Origin: Candidatus Bathyarchaeota archaeon | GTDB taxonomy: Archaea > Thermoproteota > Bathyarchaeia > Bathyarchaeales > Bathycorpusculaceae | Reading direction: 5' to 3' | Length of the DNA: 64,000 nucleotides | Assembly (NCBI GenBank): GCA_963832745.1 | Contig: CAWHVC010000005.1 | Span: forward strand, 96,001-160,000 | In this document: in pieces, positions 1-9,837 of the stretch | How positions within the stretch are numbered: the first letter of the stretch is position 1 | How the letters are laid out: each line of letters opens with the position of its first letter | The notes under the pieces: model-generated | Database searches by the model: none | Seen by the model: only the letters and a program-made list of their open reading frames with translations | What the model was told of the DNA's origin: nothing | Made by a program: the position numbers and the translations under genes

Positions 1-1740
1 TGGCGGTAGGTTTTGGTAGAAACTATAAAGAAGCTGGGTTAAGAGCCAAAAGCTCTTTGCTTAAGAATTTCAATATGGTTAAAGCTGATTATACTCGGCA
101 ATGGAAACTTTTGCAGGCAGACTTTATGAGTTTAGCCCAGACCCCATGCAAAGGCACTGACCTCTATAGAGTGAGTACTGCAGTACTGAAGCTGCATGAG
201 TCAAAACGTTTTCCCGGCGGAATAATTGCCAGCCTATCTATTCCATGGGGCCCAGCGAAATGTGTCTATGACACGGGCGGTTACCATTTGGTTTGGTCAA
301 GAGATTTAGTTGAAACCGCAGAAGCATTAATCGCGGCAGGCAACACAGCGTCTGCTAACCAAACGCTCGCATACCTTATGGCGACACAAGATAAAGACGG
401 TCATTGGTTCCAGAACATGTGGCTAGACGGTGCACAACATTGGACAGGCATCCAAATGGATGAAGTCGCTTTCCCCATCCTGCTCGCAGACAGCCTAAGA
501 CGCCAACACAGCTTGAATGGCCTTAACCCCTGGTTAATGGTTAAAAAAGCTGCAAGTTACATAACACGCAATGGACCTGTTACACAAGAGGATGGTTGGG
601 ACAGAAAATGGCGGATATCTACCGTTTACTCTTGCCGCTGAGATAACCGCATTATTAGCTGCCGCTGACTTCGCTGATGACGCGAATGAACATAAAATTG
701 CAGATTACTTGAGAGAAACCGCCGATAACTGGAACGCCAATATCGAGCGATGGTGCTATATAACAGGTACTGAGATATCAAAGAAACTTGACATCGAAGG
801 TTATTACGTGCGAATTTCTTCTCCCAATGTCGCCGATGCAGACTCACCGCTTAAAGGGTTCGTTCCCATTAAGAATCGCCCTCCCAGCAAAACTAATGAA
901 CCGATTTTCAGAATAGTAAGTCCCGATTCCTTGTGCTCGTCCGTTTTGGTTTACGAGATCCATCGAACTCCAAAATTATAGATACAGTAAAAGCCATTGA
1001 CTTCATGCTAAAAAACCGAAACCAAAACAGGACCTGTTTGGCACCGATACACCGATGATGGTTACGGTGAACATGAAAATGGCGCCCCCTTTAACGGTCA
1101 AGGTATAGGTCGGGGGTGTCCCGCTTTGACGGAGAGCGTGCCCATTACGAATTAGCCAAAGGCAATGTTGAAGAGGCAAAAAGGTTGATGCACGTCATTG
1201 AAGCACAGACTAATAGCGTAGGGTTGATTCCTGAACAGATTTGGGATAGCACGGATTTGCCAGAATGTGAATTGTTTAATTGGGACCCTTCTGGTTCTGC
1301 TATGCCTCTAGTTCGGGCGCATGCTGAATACATTAAGCTCCTGCGTTCACTAAACGACAAAGTTGTTTTTGACATGCCTCCTCAAACAATGCAGCGCTAC
1401 CGAAAAAATCAGGCAACTTCCAAATTTGTTTCCTGGCGCTTCAATCACAAAGTGCATGATATTTCTTTAGGAAAACTGTTAAGAATCGAGACTTTATCGC
1501 CGGCATCTATTAAGTGGGGGGTAGATGGCTTGAAATTCCCCAAATACTATGGAAACGATGGATTCAGGTTTAGGCATATTTTATGCTGATTTATCAACCG
1601 ATAAATTGAGCGCAGGCCAAAAAGTTATGTTCACATTTTATTGGTTGGAGACAAAGAAAGCAGAAAAAACCACCTATTCAGTAGAAGTCAAGGAAATTGA
1701 AACAAGAGATAGGCAAGCTCAAGAAAATGAAATCAAATAA
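1..1740 (+). pseudogene. Glucoamylase/glucodextranase-type glycoside hydrolase family 15, 5'-truncated by the window, split by several frameshifts (pseudogene or read errors)
   Basis: Collinear fragments 57-641, 571-981, 1116-1589, 1549-1740 with GH15 motifs IIASLSIPWG, GGYHLVWSRDL, IQMDEVAFP, IPEQIWD and GSAMPLV-AHAEYIKL; the WHRYTDDGYGE motif lies in unannotated sequence near 1038-1075. Confidence 0.85.
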
Positions 1741-1787
1741 CTACAAGTCTGTACGCGGCTCGTAACGTTATTTTAGGAAGTGATCTG

Positions 1788-3760
1788 TTGGTTAAAAAAA
1801 GCGATTACCACACCATCTCAGATTATGCCGTCATTGGAAATTTACGCACTATAGCATTAGTCAGTCGTACCGGCTCCATTGACTGGTGCTGCTTTCCAAA
1901 CCTTGATGACGCAAGCGTCTTTGCCGCCATCCTTGATGCTCAACGAGGGGGATACTTCAATGTTTCACCAAATCCACCACATAAAAATAGCCAGACCTAT
2001 CTAAACGGAACCAACATAGTCAGCACAATCTTCCAAACCGAAAGCGGAGAACTTGAGCTAGTCGACTTCATGCCCTTTACAAGCAACAACTTAGGAAGCG
2101 GAAAAGCAACCATTGGCCAAGAAATCCACAGATTACTCAAATGCACCAAAGGCAACGTTACAGTTAACGTCAAATGGTGTCCAAGATTTAATTATGGAAA
2201 ATCTAACGTAAGCTTGGAACAAAACGACGACGTTTGGAACGCAATAAGCAAAGACGGATCAATGTTGCTGTTAGGAGCCGAAAACGCAAAAACTGTTAAT
2301 GAAACTTTTGGACCCGCACTATTTGCTTCCATTAACCTCCAAGAGGGGGATAAATCAGCTATAGTCACTCGGTGGAGTACAAAGAATGCGGATTTCTCTA
2401 TTTCAAGAACAGAAAGACTGCTGGAGGAGACGGCTAATGGGTGGCGTAATTGGCTCTATCAAGAAAAACTCAAGAACGCCAACGACTGGGCAGGGCAACA
2501 TTACCCCCTAATTGAGCGGTCTATGTTAACGCTAAAGCTTTTGAAGCATATAGACACAGGAGCCATCGCAGCTGCCCCTACAACTTCTCTGCCTGAATGG
2601 ATCGGCGGTAACATGAACTGGGATTACCGGTATTCCCTGCATCCGATACGCTTCCTTGACAGCACAGGCACTGTCCTCTTTAGGACATGACGAAGAAGCC
2701 CTGGGAGTTTTTAGAGTGGACGACACAGGTCCGTAAAAATCATTTTAGGTCTCAGAACCGCATTCAGATAATGTATGGCTTACGTGGACAGACTAATCTC
2801 CAGGAACGGTTCCTTGATTATGGAGAAGGATACATGGGTTCTAAGCCTAAGAGTGGGAAACCGTGCTTTCAACCAAACGCAGCATGATGTTTTTGGAGAA
2901 CTATTTAACACTGCTTACGAACTTCTGCGCAACGGTGCCACTTTAGACTCGAACGTTATGGATTTTTTGAGTCAATAATAGCTGATTATTCCTGTTTAGC
3001 CTGGAAAGACCCCGATTACGGTATATGGGAGCTGGTTGGTCAGAAGCGCCATTATGTCCACTCCAAAGTGATGATTTGGGCTGCTTTAGACCGAGCAGTT
3101 CAACTTGCTAAACAGTATGGGTTACAGGGCGACGTCGATAAATGGATCCGAAACCGTGACGAAGTTTACCAGAGTGTCTTAACCAACGGGTTTAATGAGG
3201 AATTAGGATGCTTTGTCCAAGCTTACGGCTCTAAATACGTTGACGCAGCCAATTTACGTATACCCATATTAGGGTTCTTACCTGCAGACGATGGCCGGGT
3301 ACAGGGAACGATTAATCGCGTCATGGAGAAACTGATGGTAAATGGGTTACTCTACAGAAATAACACACCTACAGAGAAACCAATAGCTCAAGACAACAAC
3401 GGTCTTCCCCGACAGGAAGGCGCGTTTTGTTTATGCACCTTCTGGTTAGTGGACGCGCTTGCGCTTTCAAAAAGAGTCGATGAGGCAAAACAGATTTTTG
3501 CACACATCTTAAAGTATACTAATCACGTTGGTTTATTATCTGAAGAACTAAACCCCTTAGACGGCACGATGCTTGGAAATTTCCCCCAAGGATTCACACA
3601 TATTGGAATCATCACAAGCGCCCTTTATTTGGCGTATGCTGAAGGAAAAAAGATTCCACAATCCGCTCTATTAGGAACTAAAGAACACAAAGAAGAAGTG
3701 GAAGGCAGCCGCCCGCCTCCATTTAAGATAAAGCAACACGACGACAATTCAAGCAAATAA
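1788..3760 (+). pseudogene. GH15 trehalase-like glycoside hydrolase, frameshifted
   Basis: Fragments 1788-2690, 2687-2887, 2775-2978, 3068-3760 with DYAVIGNLRTIALVS, IDWCCFP, GAIAAAPTTSLPE, NWDYRY, EGAFCLCTFW, GLLSEE, LGNFPQGFTH. Confidence 0.88.
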
Positions 3761-4222
3761 CGCGATATATAGTCATTCTTCAAGAGCGCTTACAAGTAGC
3801 AATAGCTTTAAGGTTCCTTAAAACAAAGGCTAAAGCAGTACTAAACAAAGCCTATGAAGAAGCCCACGCCTGGTGTAATTTTTGATTCATTAAGGCCCCT
3901 CGTACAAAACGGGATTTTTCGGGGAACCGTAACCTTGTGCCCTCAACGCTGGATCCGGAGAGCTTGTTTGGTAGACTCTAAAGCTTCACTAAGTTCCCTG
4001 TATTTCTCGGCTCTTGCATGGTGCTCTCAGACATACTTGTTTCAGCTTTAAAAGAGGGTGTAGTGACCTTTATCTCCTCAAACATAACCAAACCAAAGGA
4101 TTCTTCAAGTTTAGGGATTTGCAGAGGTTTAACTTGCATTTTAACTGTACGCAAACTTGTAAAATGTTTTCTTTTATGATTAAATTTTAATCAAAACTAA
4201 AAACAGTGATTTATTAAAAGCA

Positions 4223-4439
4223 TTACACGTTTTGACTCCATATACCGCCACTTCCTGTTATGCTCTTGATTATGTCTAAAGGAATTAATTCTTGCAAAGA
4301 GTAAGTACCTCTTGACCTATCACTCTTCAAATGCATAACTCGATTATTGGATAGAACAAGTAAACCATCTTTCAAACCCCAATGCTTAACGATATACTCC
4401 TTGTCACCTAAGTTTAATACATTAAGCCACTCTTGCATC
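4223..4439 (-). CDS. Small hypothetical protein (possible PH-like beta fold)
   Basis: ORF 4223-4519; likelier start MQEWLN at 4439; GLLVLSNNRV resembles the beta motif of PH-like domains. Confidence 0.4.
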
Positions 4440-4629
4440 TTACCGCTCCTGTAACAGTATTGTAATTGCCTTATTGGTTGATTATAAGATTTAAAATGTG
4501 CCAACCTTAACAGAAACAATGGTTGACTATTCAGATGTTACCCATCCAGACAAGGTAAGCGGTATTTACTTTTTCCAAAAAAAATCTGATTTCAAAGAGT
4601 ATTTAACTTGTTAACCTTTTCTTTCAAAT

Positions 4630-4821
4630 TTATTCTGTTTTAACTTGAATAGTTGATGAAACAGAGGCTAAAAGTAATGAACCAAACAATAAACCAGGTA
4701 TAGCAACAGTCAAAAACCCTTTTTCAGTCCAATTCATCACCCAAAGAAGAAGCAACCCAGCACCCACAGAACCAAAGAACGTAATCAGAAAAGTAACTAT
4801 CCTTAGAGCTGTGGCATTCAT
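4630..4821 (-). CDS. Small two-helix membrane protein
   Basis: 63 aa, two hydrophobic segments, GAGGAG SD-like sequence just upstream. Confidence 0.6.
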   Translation of the reverse strand: MNATALRIVTFLITFFGSVGAGLLLLWVMNWTEKGFLTVAIPGLLFGSLLLASVSSTIQVKTE

Positions 4822-5021
4822 GTATACTCCTCAAAGTTAGGTTGCTATACAAACAATAAAAGACTTATTCCGTATCTGAATTTGTAGACCCAAATGGCTC
4901 GCCAGATTTCAACAAGGTCTACCTTTTCAAATGACTTCTTTTGAGCAAACTGTACAAATAATGATTCAAACAATTTAAAGAAAAAATTCTAATTCACTAT
5001 AAAAATATTGGTGAATAGACA

Positions 5022-5330
5022 GTGATTGAGAAACAAGAGAGAAACAAGAAGCTATCAAAAGAAGTGTTACGTAGAGCAAATAGAGACGAAAAACAAGCTT
5101 ACAACACTCTAAATAACAGACGACTCGCCATATTTGACAGCTTCTCAGAAGCTAATAGAGCTTTTAGTAGTATCAACGACACAAAAAACATGGACTTGTG
5201 TCCAAAAGACCCAACCTTAAGTGATAAACTTGTAACTGAAATGTCAAATGCAGAATTTAGCGATTATATTAGGCGTTGGAATAAGTACTCAGTGGAGTAT
5301 TTTGAGTGGAGTAATAGACAGTTATCATAA
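5022..5330 (+). CDS. Hypothetical protein
   Basis: 102-aa ORF with GGTGA SD upstream of the GTG start; no recognised motif. Confidence 0.55.
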   Translation: MIEKQERNKKLSKEVLRRANRDEKQAYNTLNNRRLAIFDSFSEANRAFSSINDTKNMDLCPKDPTLSDKLVTEMSNAEFSDYIRRWNKYSVEYFEWSNRQLS

Positions 5331-5652
5331 CGACTAAACAAGTTGAGATAATTGGCGATTTCATCAAAGTGCTAATGAACCTTAATAGCTATGAAGCAGA
5401 GGAAAAAGTGGCTACTACTCTCAATAGCGATAAGAAGCCAACCAAACTTGTTGAACTACATTCAAAAAGAAGACAGTCATACAAAGGGGTAAGTAACCAT
5501 AAATTATTTATTCGAATGGTCCTAAGGACCATACGGTGAACTAGGTGAACCGCTTAAAAGAAAACAATAACCTAAGAACCGAAAGCGGTTTAACTGCAAA
5601 ACCCCTAAATCACAAAATAAATTCAGGTATTAAGCGGTCACAGTGTATTTTC

Positions 5653-5712
5653 CCTATAGGGAGGTAGGTAAAAAACCAGCATTTTTCAGAATCACAAAGG
5701 GAATAGGTGCTA
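5653..5712 (-). repeat. Copy A of dispersed CCTATAGG-core element (left arm plus core)
   Basis: Reverse complement TAGCACCTATTCCCTTTGTGATTCTGAAAAATGCTGGTTTTTTACCTACCTCCCTATAGG aligns at roughly 80% by eye to 59093-59151. Confidence 0.85.
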
Positions 5713-5916
5713 AATTGCTGTTTTTCAATCCAAAAAAGTCATAAAAACCATGGAATTTGCGAAAAAACGTGCCAGTTTACGGTTTTACCTTTACTGCTAA
5801 CATGCCTAAACGGTTTAATCCTGCATTAGCCCTAAACATTTTGTTATTTATTTTGAATTAGTAGCCTAGTTTCACAATATACTTTATTAACAAAAACCAA
5901 TTGAGAGCACAAAAGG

Positions 5917-6234
5917 ATGAAGCGCCACATGAAAGCAATGCATCAGAATTGGAGTGAACTTGCAAACGATTGCATCCAGATTGTCCTTGTCTGTGGAACA
6001 ATTGGCATAGCATTAAAATTCATAACATTCTTCAACAATTGGGTTTATTTCCCAACATTCCCAAATGTGCTTGACTCAGCCTTCCTTATCACATCAATTC
6101 TTTACTTAGCATTCTCCGCAAGAAGACGAACACACAAAATGAAACAGTTCTACAAAAACTACCAAGCATCAAGCATCCATTTTCAGGCTAACCTGCCGCT
6201 TCCTGAAGAAGAACAAAAGGTTACAGCACACTAA
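5917..6234 (+). CDS. Hypothetical membrane protein (2 TM)
   Basis: 105-aa ORF with two hydrophobic helices and an upstream TTTATTAA box. Confidence 0.65.
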   Translation: MKRHMKAMHQNWSELANDCIQIVLVCGTIGIALKFITFFNNWVYFPTFPNVLDSAFLITSILYLAFSARRRTHKMKQFYKNYQASSIHFQANLPLPEEEQKVTAH

Positions 6235-6275
6235 CCTTTTCAACATTATTTTTTAAGCAACGACTTGTTTTTGCC

Positions 6276-6295
6276 TAAACGTGTCAACACGTTTA
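6276..6295. terminator. Perfect 9-bp inverted repeat between convergent genes (terminator or binding site)
   Basis: TAAACGTGT-CA-ACACGTTTA. Confidence 0.4.
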
Positions 6296-6367
6296 ATTGC
6301 TTCTTCTTTAAAAGAAAGTTTTTGCGTGTTATTTAACAGCTATGTTTCTGTTTCTTTATGTAACTTC

Positions 6368-6646
6368 TTATTTTCTGTTGCCTCTTGAACTGCTTGCTTG
6401 GATGCGCCTTTCTCTTTTTCTCCAGCCAAGTTCTATTGCTTCTTTTTCGGGGATTGGTTTTACAACTATTTGCTCTTTTTCTTCATCGATTTCCACAGTG
6501 CAGGGGGCACCAATTTTGAATGGGAATGCTGTGTCTTCGCTAACTTTTGTTGGGATGTAGATCCAGATTCTTGCGTATTCTTTGCCTTTGCTTACGGTTT
6601 TTCTGCCGATGATTGTTCCTACGCCTGTGCGCGCCAAATTTAACAC
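6368..6646 (-). CDS. AbrB/SpoVT-like swapped-hairpin DNA-binding protein
   Basis: IWIYIPTKVSED...FPFKIGAPCTVEIDEEKEQIVVKP pattern; paralogous to 52482-52688. Confidence 0.6.
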   Translation of the reverse strand: MLNLARTGVGTIIGRKTVSKGKEYARIWIYIPTKVSEDTAFPFKIGAPCTVEIDEEKEQIVVKPIPEKEAIELGWRKRERRIQASSSRGNRK

Positions 6647-6748
6647 CGGCTTTTGATAATATATTTACACATATGTTACTATATTCAATTACTATGTTGA
6701 TACACTAACTTTTTATTTTTCAAATTAAATTACATAAACACGGACAAA

Positions 6749-7609
6749 ATGCAATCAAAACTAAACAATATACACGATTCTTCACAAGCATTTAGCCATT
6801 ACGGGAAGGCACTAACGGGTGCTTTTGCGCATGATATTGGTGTTTTGGTTGGTTTGGGTTTGTCTGTTAGGCAGGCTAAAGTTTATTTGGCGCTGCTTAG
6901 AGCGGGTATGGCGAAAGTGCAGATGGTTTCTGACTTGTCACATGTGCATCGTCAAGAGGTTTACCGTGTGCTTGATGTACTTGGGCAAATGGGGCTTGTC
7001 CAGAAAAACGTTACAAACCCCGCAACGTTTAGTGTTACGCCGATAAATGATGCAGTCAAGTTGTTGCTTAACCAAAAAACAAGCGAAATAAATGCTATGG
7101 CTAAGAAAGCTGAGCGGTTAACCAAAAAGTTTAGTCTTTACAATAATTCTTCTCTGATAGAGTTTTCGCTTAGGCCGTGTTTTGGCACTATTGTTGAGGC
7201 TGACCGTGGTAGGCATTTTCAGGTTGCACTTAAGGGTGTGCATGAAGATTTTGAGGCAGCTACGAGTTGGCGCCGTTTCAAACAGTTAAGCATACATTTC
7301 GAAACCCAACTGCTCAATGCGCTACGGCGGGGCGGATCTGTTCATGTGGTAACCGAAAAACCCCTTGGGCAAACGCTGCCAAAATGGGTCATTGCTGCCC
7401 AAACCAAGTATCCATGTTTTGAACTACGCACCCTGCCAGCTCCGCCTGCGACTGCAGTTACCATTTTCGACCACACAAAAGCAGCAATAGCCTACAACCC
7501 CAACACCAGCTTAACAAAAGGACCCGAACTTTGGACAGAAAACCCTACAATGACCACTTTAGCACAAGCATACTTCAAAACAGTCTGGGTAGAGTCACTT
7601 ACGGTTTAA
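6749..7609 (+). CDS. TrmB-family transcriptional regulator
   Basis: N-terminal HTH LGLSVRQAKVYLALL...RQEVYRVLDVLGQMGLV; C-terminal effector-type domain ending AYFKTVW. Confidence 0.88.
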   Translation: MQSKLNNIHDSSQAFSHYGKALTGAFAHDIGVLVGLGLSVRQAKVYLALLRAGMAKVQMVSDLSHVHRQEVYRVLDVLGQMGLVQKNVTNPATFSVTPINDAVKLLLNQKTSEINAMAKKAERLTKKFSLYNNSSLIEFSLRPCFGTIVEADRGRHFQVALKGVHEDFEAATSWRRFKQLSIHFETQLLNALRRGGSVHVVTEKPLGQTLPKWVIAAQTKYPCFELRTLPAPPATAVTIFDHTKAAIAYNPNTSLTKGPELWTENPTMTTLAQAYFKTVWVESLTV

Positions 7610-7699
7610 TAAACTACCCAAATAAAACCCCGACTAAAGACCACAAGAATTAAAATCAAAAAAATCACAGCACACTTCTGCCCATGTTAATTTAACTAA

Positions 7700-8080
7700 T
7701 AAGCTAAACAAGACTCCATCAACTCAACCAAAAAACCCTGCACCAAAACTATGCAACAACCCGCTTACCACACCTACAAGAACCCACAGATCCACCTCTT
7801 GAACCACCCAAACCTTACCCACACACCAACAACCCGACCGCATGCAGCAACCCATCCTCACCCCACCCAACCAACATACCCCCAACAACAAAAATCCACC
7901 CCACCCATCCCAAACCAACCCAAAAAACAACCCAAAACAAAAAACCAAACCCCCCCACAACCAAAAACTGGGACAAGAAAACCCCAAAACACCCACCCCC
8001 ACAAAAAACAAAAAAACAACCCAAAACCAAACCAGCAACAAAAAATTCAACAAATCCAACTTCAACAAAACACTCAATTA
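7700..8080. repeat. Low-complexity C/A-rich tract (G/T-rich on the minus strand)
   Basis: Only 5 G residues in 7861-8080; many C3-C7 runs; ORFs in four frames are low-complexity artefacts. Confidence 0.85.
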
Positions 8081-8141
8081 ATATAACGCCGCCACCACAG
8101 CTTTTCTAGTTAACGCCACCTATTTTTGAGGGACAAAAACA

Positions 8142-8735
8142 GTGGACGACTTTTTAGTCAGCCTTGCCCAAGCCATAATAGCCCTATTCGTAGTAGTAGA
8201 CCCATTCGGCAACATACCAATCTTCATAGGTTTAACCGAAAAAATACCTAAAGAAAAAGAACACAGAACATACAACGTCGCAGTCCTAGTTGGGTTTGTA
8301 TTACTACTAATTTTCGCATTCACAGGCCAAGAAATCTTTTACTTGTTCGGCATTTCAATCAGCAGTTTTGAGATAGCCGGCGGCATATTACTGTTAATCA
8401 TTGCCATTCGAATTTTAGTCAACGACAACAATACACAAGAACATCTAGAATCCCCTGAAAGTATCGGTGCAGTTCCTATCGCCATGCCTTTACTTGTTGG
8501 TCCAGGCGCAATAACGACAACCATTTTAAATTTACAATCCTTTGGAACCCTTGTAACAGTTTTGGCGGTTATTGTTGTTTTATCAATTGCTTGGATTATT
8601 TTCCGTTACATTAACAGAGTTTATGGATTTTTAGGAAAAACAGGCGCAATGGTTATCGCTCGCGTTATGGCCTTGCTTATCGCTGCCATAGCTGTTCAGT
8701 ACATAGTGAATGGCGTAACAACATTGTTCAAGTAA
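8142..8735 (+). CDS. marC: MarC-family integral membrane protein
   Basis: LFVVVDPFGNIPIF, FEIAGGILL, VPIAMPLLVGPGAITT, RVMALLIAAIAVQ. Confidence 0.93.
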   Translation: MDDFLVSLAQAIIALFVVVDPFGNIPIFIGLTEKIPKEKEHRTYNVAVLVGFVLLLIFAFTGQEIFYLFGISISSFEIAGGILLLIIAIRILVNDNNTQEHLESPESIGAVPIAMPLLVGPGAITTTILNLQSFGTLVTVLAVIVVLSIAWIIFRYINRVYGFLGKTGAMVIARVMALLIAAIAVQYIVNGVTTLFK

Positions 8736-8743
8736 AAACAGAC

Positions 8744-9106
8744 TTAGGATAGAGTGTTTTGAAGTAAAGTTTTAAACAGGTAAATAAATACAAACGCATC
8801 AATGATTGCGCTTACTGCATTGATTATTAATGCTGCAAGAGGCAATTCGGCGCTGAAATATAAGATGTTAAATGCGTTAAAGGAAAAAGCGTAAATCAGC
8901 GTAAAAATCGATAATGCATAACCGATTTTTCTTGAACGTAAAAGTGCAGCCATTGACGCAATAAAAAGTATAAGCAGTATGGAGTTGTTTAGGTCGACAA
9001 AATCATTGAAGAATGTTACTTCTAAAGCAAAGAAAACAGCGTTAATTGCCAGCCACAGGAAAACCGCGTTCATTGCCGCCGGATGATGAGTGTTTAGGTT
9101 GGGCAT
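8744..9106 (-). CDS. Hypothetical membrane protein (4 TM)
   Basis: 120-aa hydrophobic ORF. Confidence 0.7.
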   Translation of the reverse strand: MPNLNTHHPAAMNAVFLWLAINAVFFALEVTFFNDFVDLNNSILLILFIASMAALLRSRKIGYALSIFTLIYAFSFNAFNILYFSAELPLAALIINAVSAIIDAFVFIYLFKTLLQNTLS

Positions 9107-9323
9107 AAGTTGAAATTAAAGCGTTTAGTTATTATATTTTCTTGTTGCAAAAAACAGGATTACTCAAAAATAATCTTGTATATCGTTAATTAAGTCTCAT
9201 CCATTAACATATCATTCGATACAATATTTCATTTTTAAGAATCAGGTTTATATTTTTCCTCAGAATCAGTTATTAAGTTCTAATTACCAGAAAAAGCGTC
9301 CAAGAAAAAGGAGGAAACCAAGC

Positions 9324-9710
9324 ATTAAAACAACAACAAAAATAATCATCATCGACGATGACCAAGCACTGCACCGAGTGTTCACCCGCATCCTACAAAA
9401 AGAAGGATACAATGTTGAAACCGCCGAAACCGGCCGAGAAGCCTTAGAAAAAATCCGAAGCAACAAATTCGACGTTGCATTAATTGACATGAAACTACCA
9501 GACGTTAACGGTTTAGACTTGTTACCGCTGCTTAAAGAAACTGCCCCATCAATGGTGAAAATCATGATAACCGGCTATGCTGTGGTTGACGGCAAGGCAG
9601 GAGCTTTGAAGCTGGGTGCAGACGATTTTTTTAAGAAACCAATTCCACCACCTGTGCTCCTTGAAGCCATAAAAACACATCTTGAAACAAAAAAATCTAA
9701 AGACACATAG
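9324..9710 (+). CDS. Single-domain response regulator (receiver); probable ATT start
   Basis: In-frame KIIIIDDD upstream of the GTG at 9378; FDVALIDMKLPD, IMITGY and FFKKP motifs; GGAGG at 9310-9314. Confidence 0.9.
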   Translation: MKTTTKIIIIDDDQALHRVFTRILQKEGYNVETAETGREALEKIRSNKFDVALIDMKLPDVNGLDLLPLLKETAPSMVKIMITGYAVVDGKAGALKLGADDFFKKPIPPPVLLEAIKTHLETKKSKDT

Positions 9711-9837
9711 CAGCGTTTTTCTGCTGGTTTGGTTTTCCTGTTTTAAGGTTTTTAATATTTTCTTTTAATTTACCGCAACAAAACTATTTATTAAGTCTCA
9801 ACGATGTCAATAGGTAGCTTATAATGAGGCTTAGAGA

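Noticed and set aside
3906-3920. 15-nt inverted match to 37606-37620 (GAAAAATCCCGTTTT)
   Set aside because: Homopolymer-rich and without flanking similarity; compatible with chance
3943-4139. Possible frameshifted small minus-strand gene (...EHHARAEKYRELSEALESTKQALRIQR) and the opposite ORF 3854-4051
   Set aside because: No recognisable motif and neither frame can be supported from sequence alone
7724-8086. Four overlapping ORFs in the C/A-rich tract
   Set aside because: Open only because the composition lacks stop codons; translations are low-complexity on both strands
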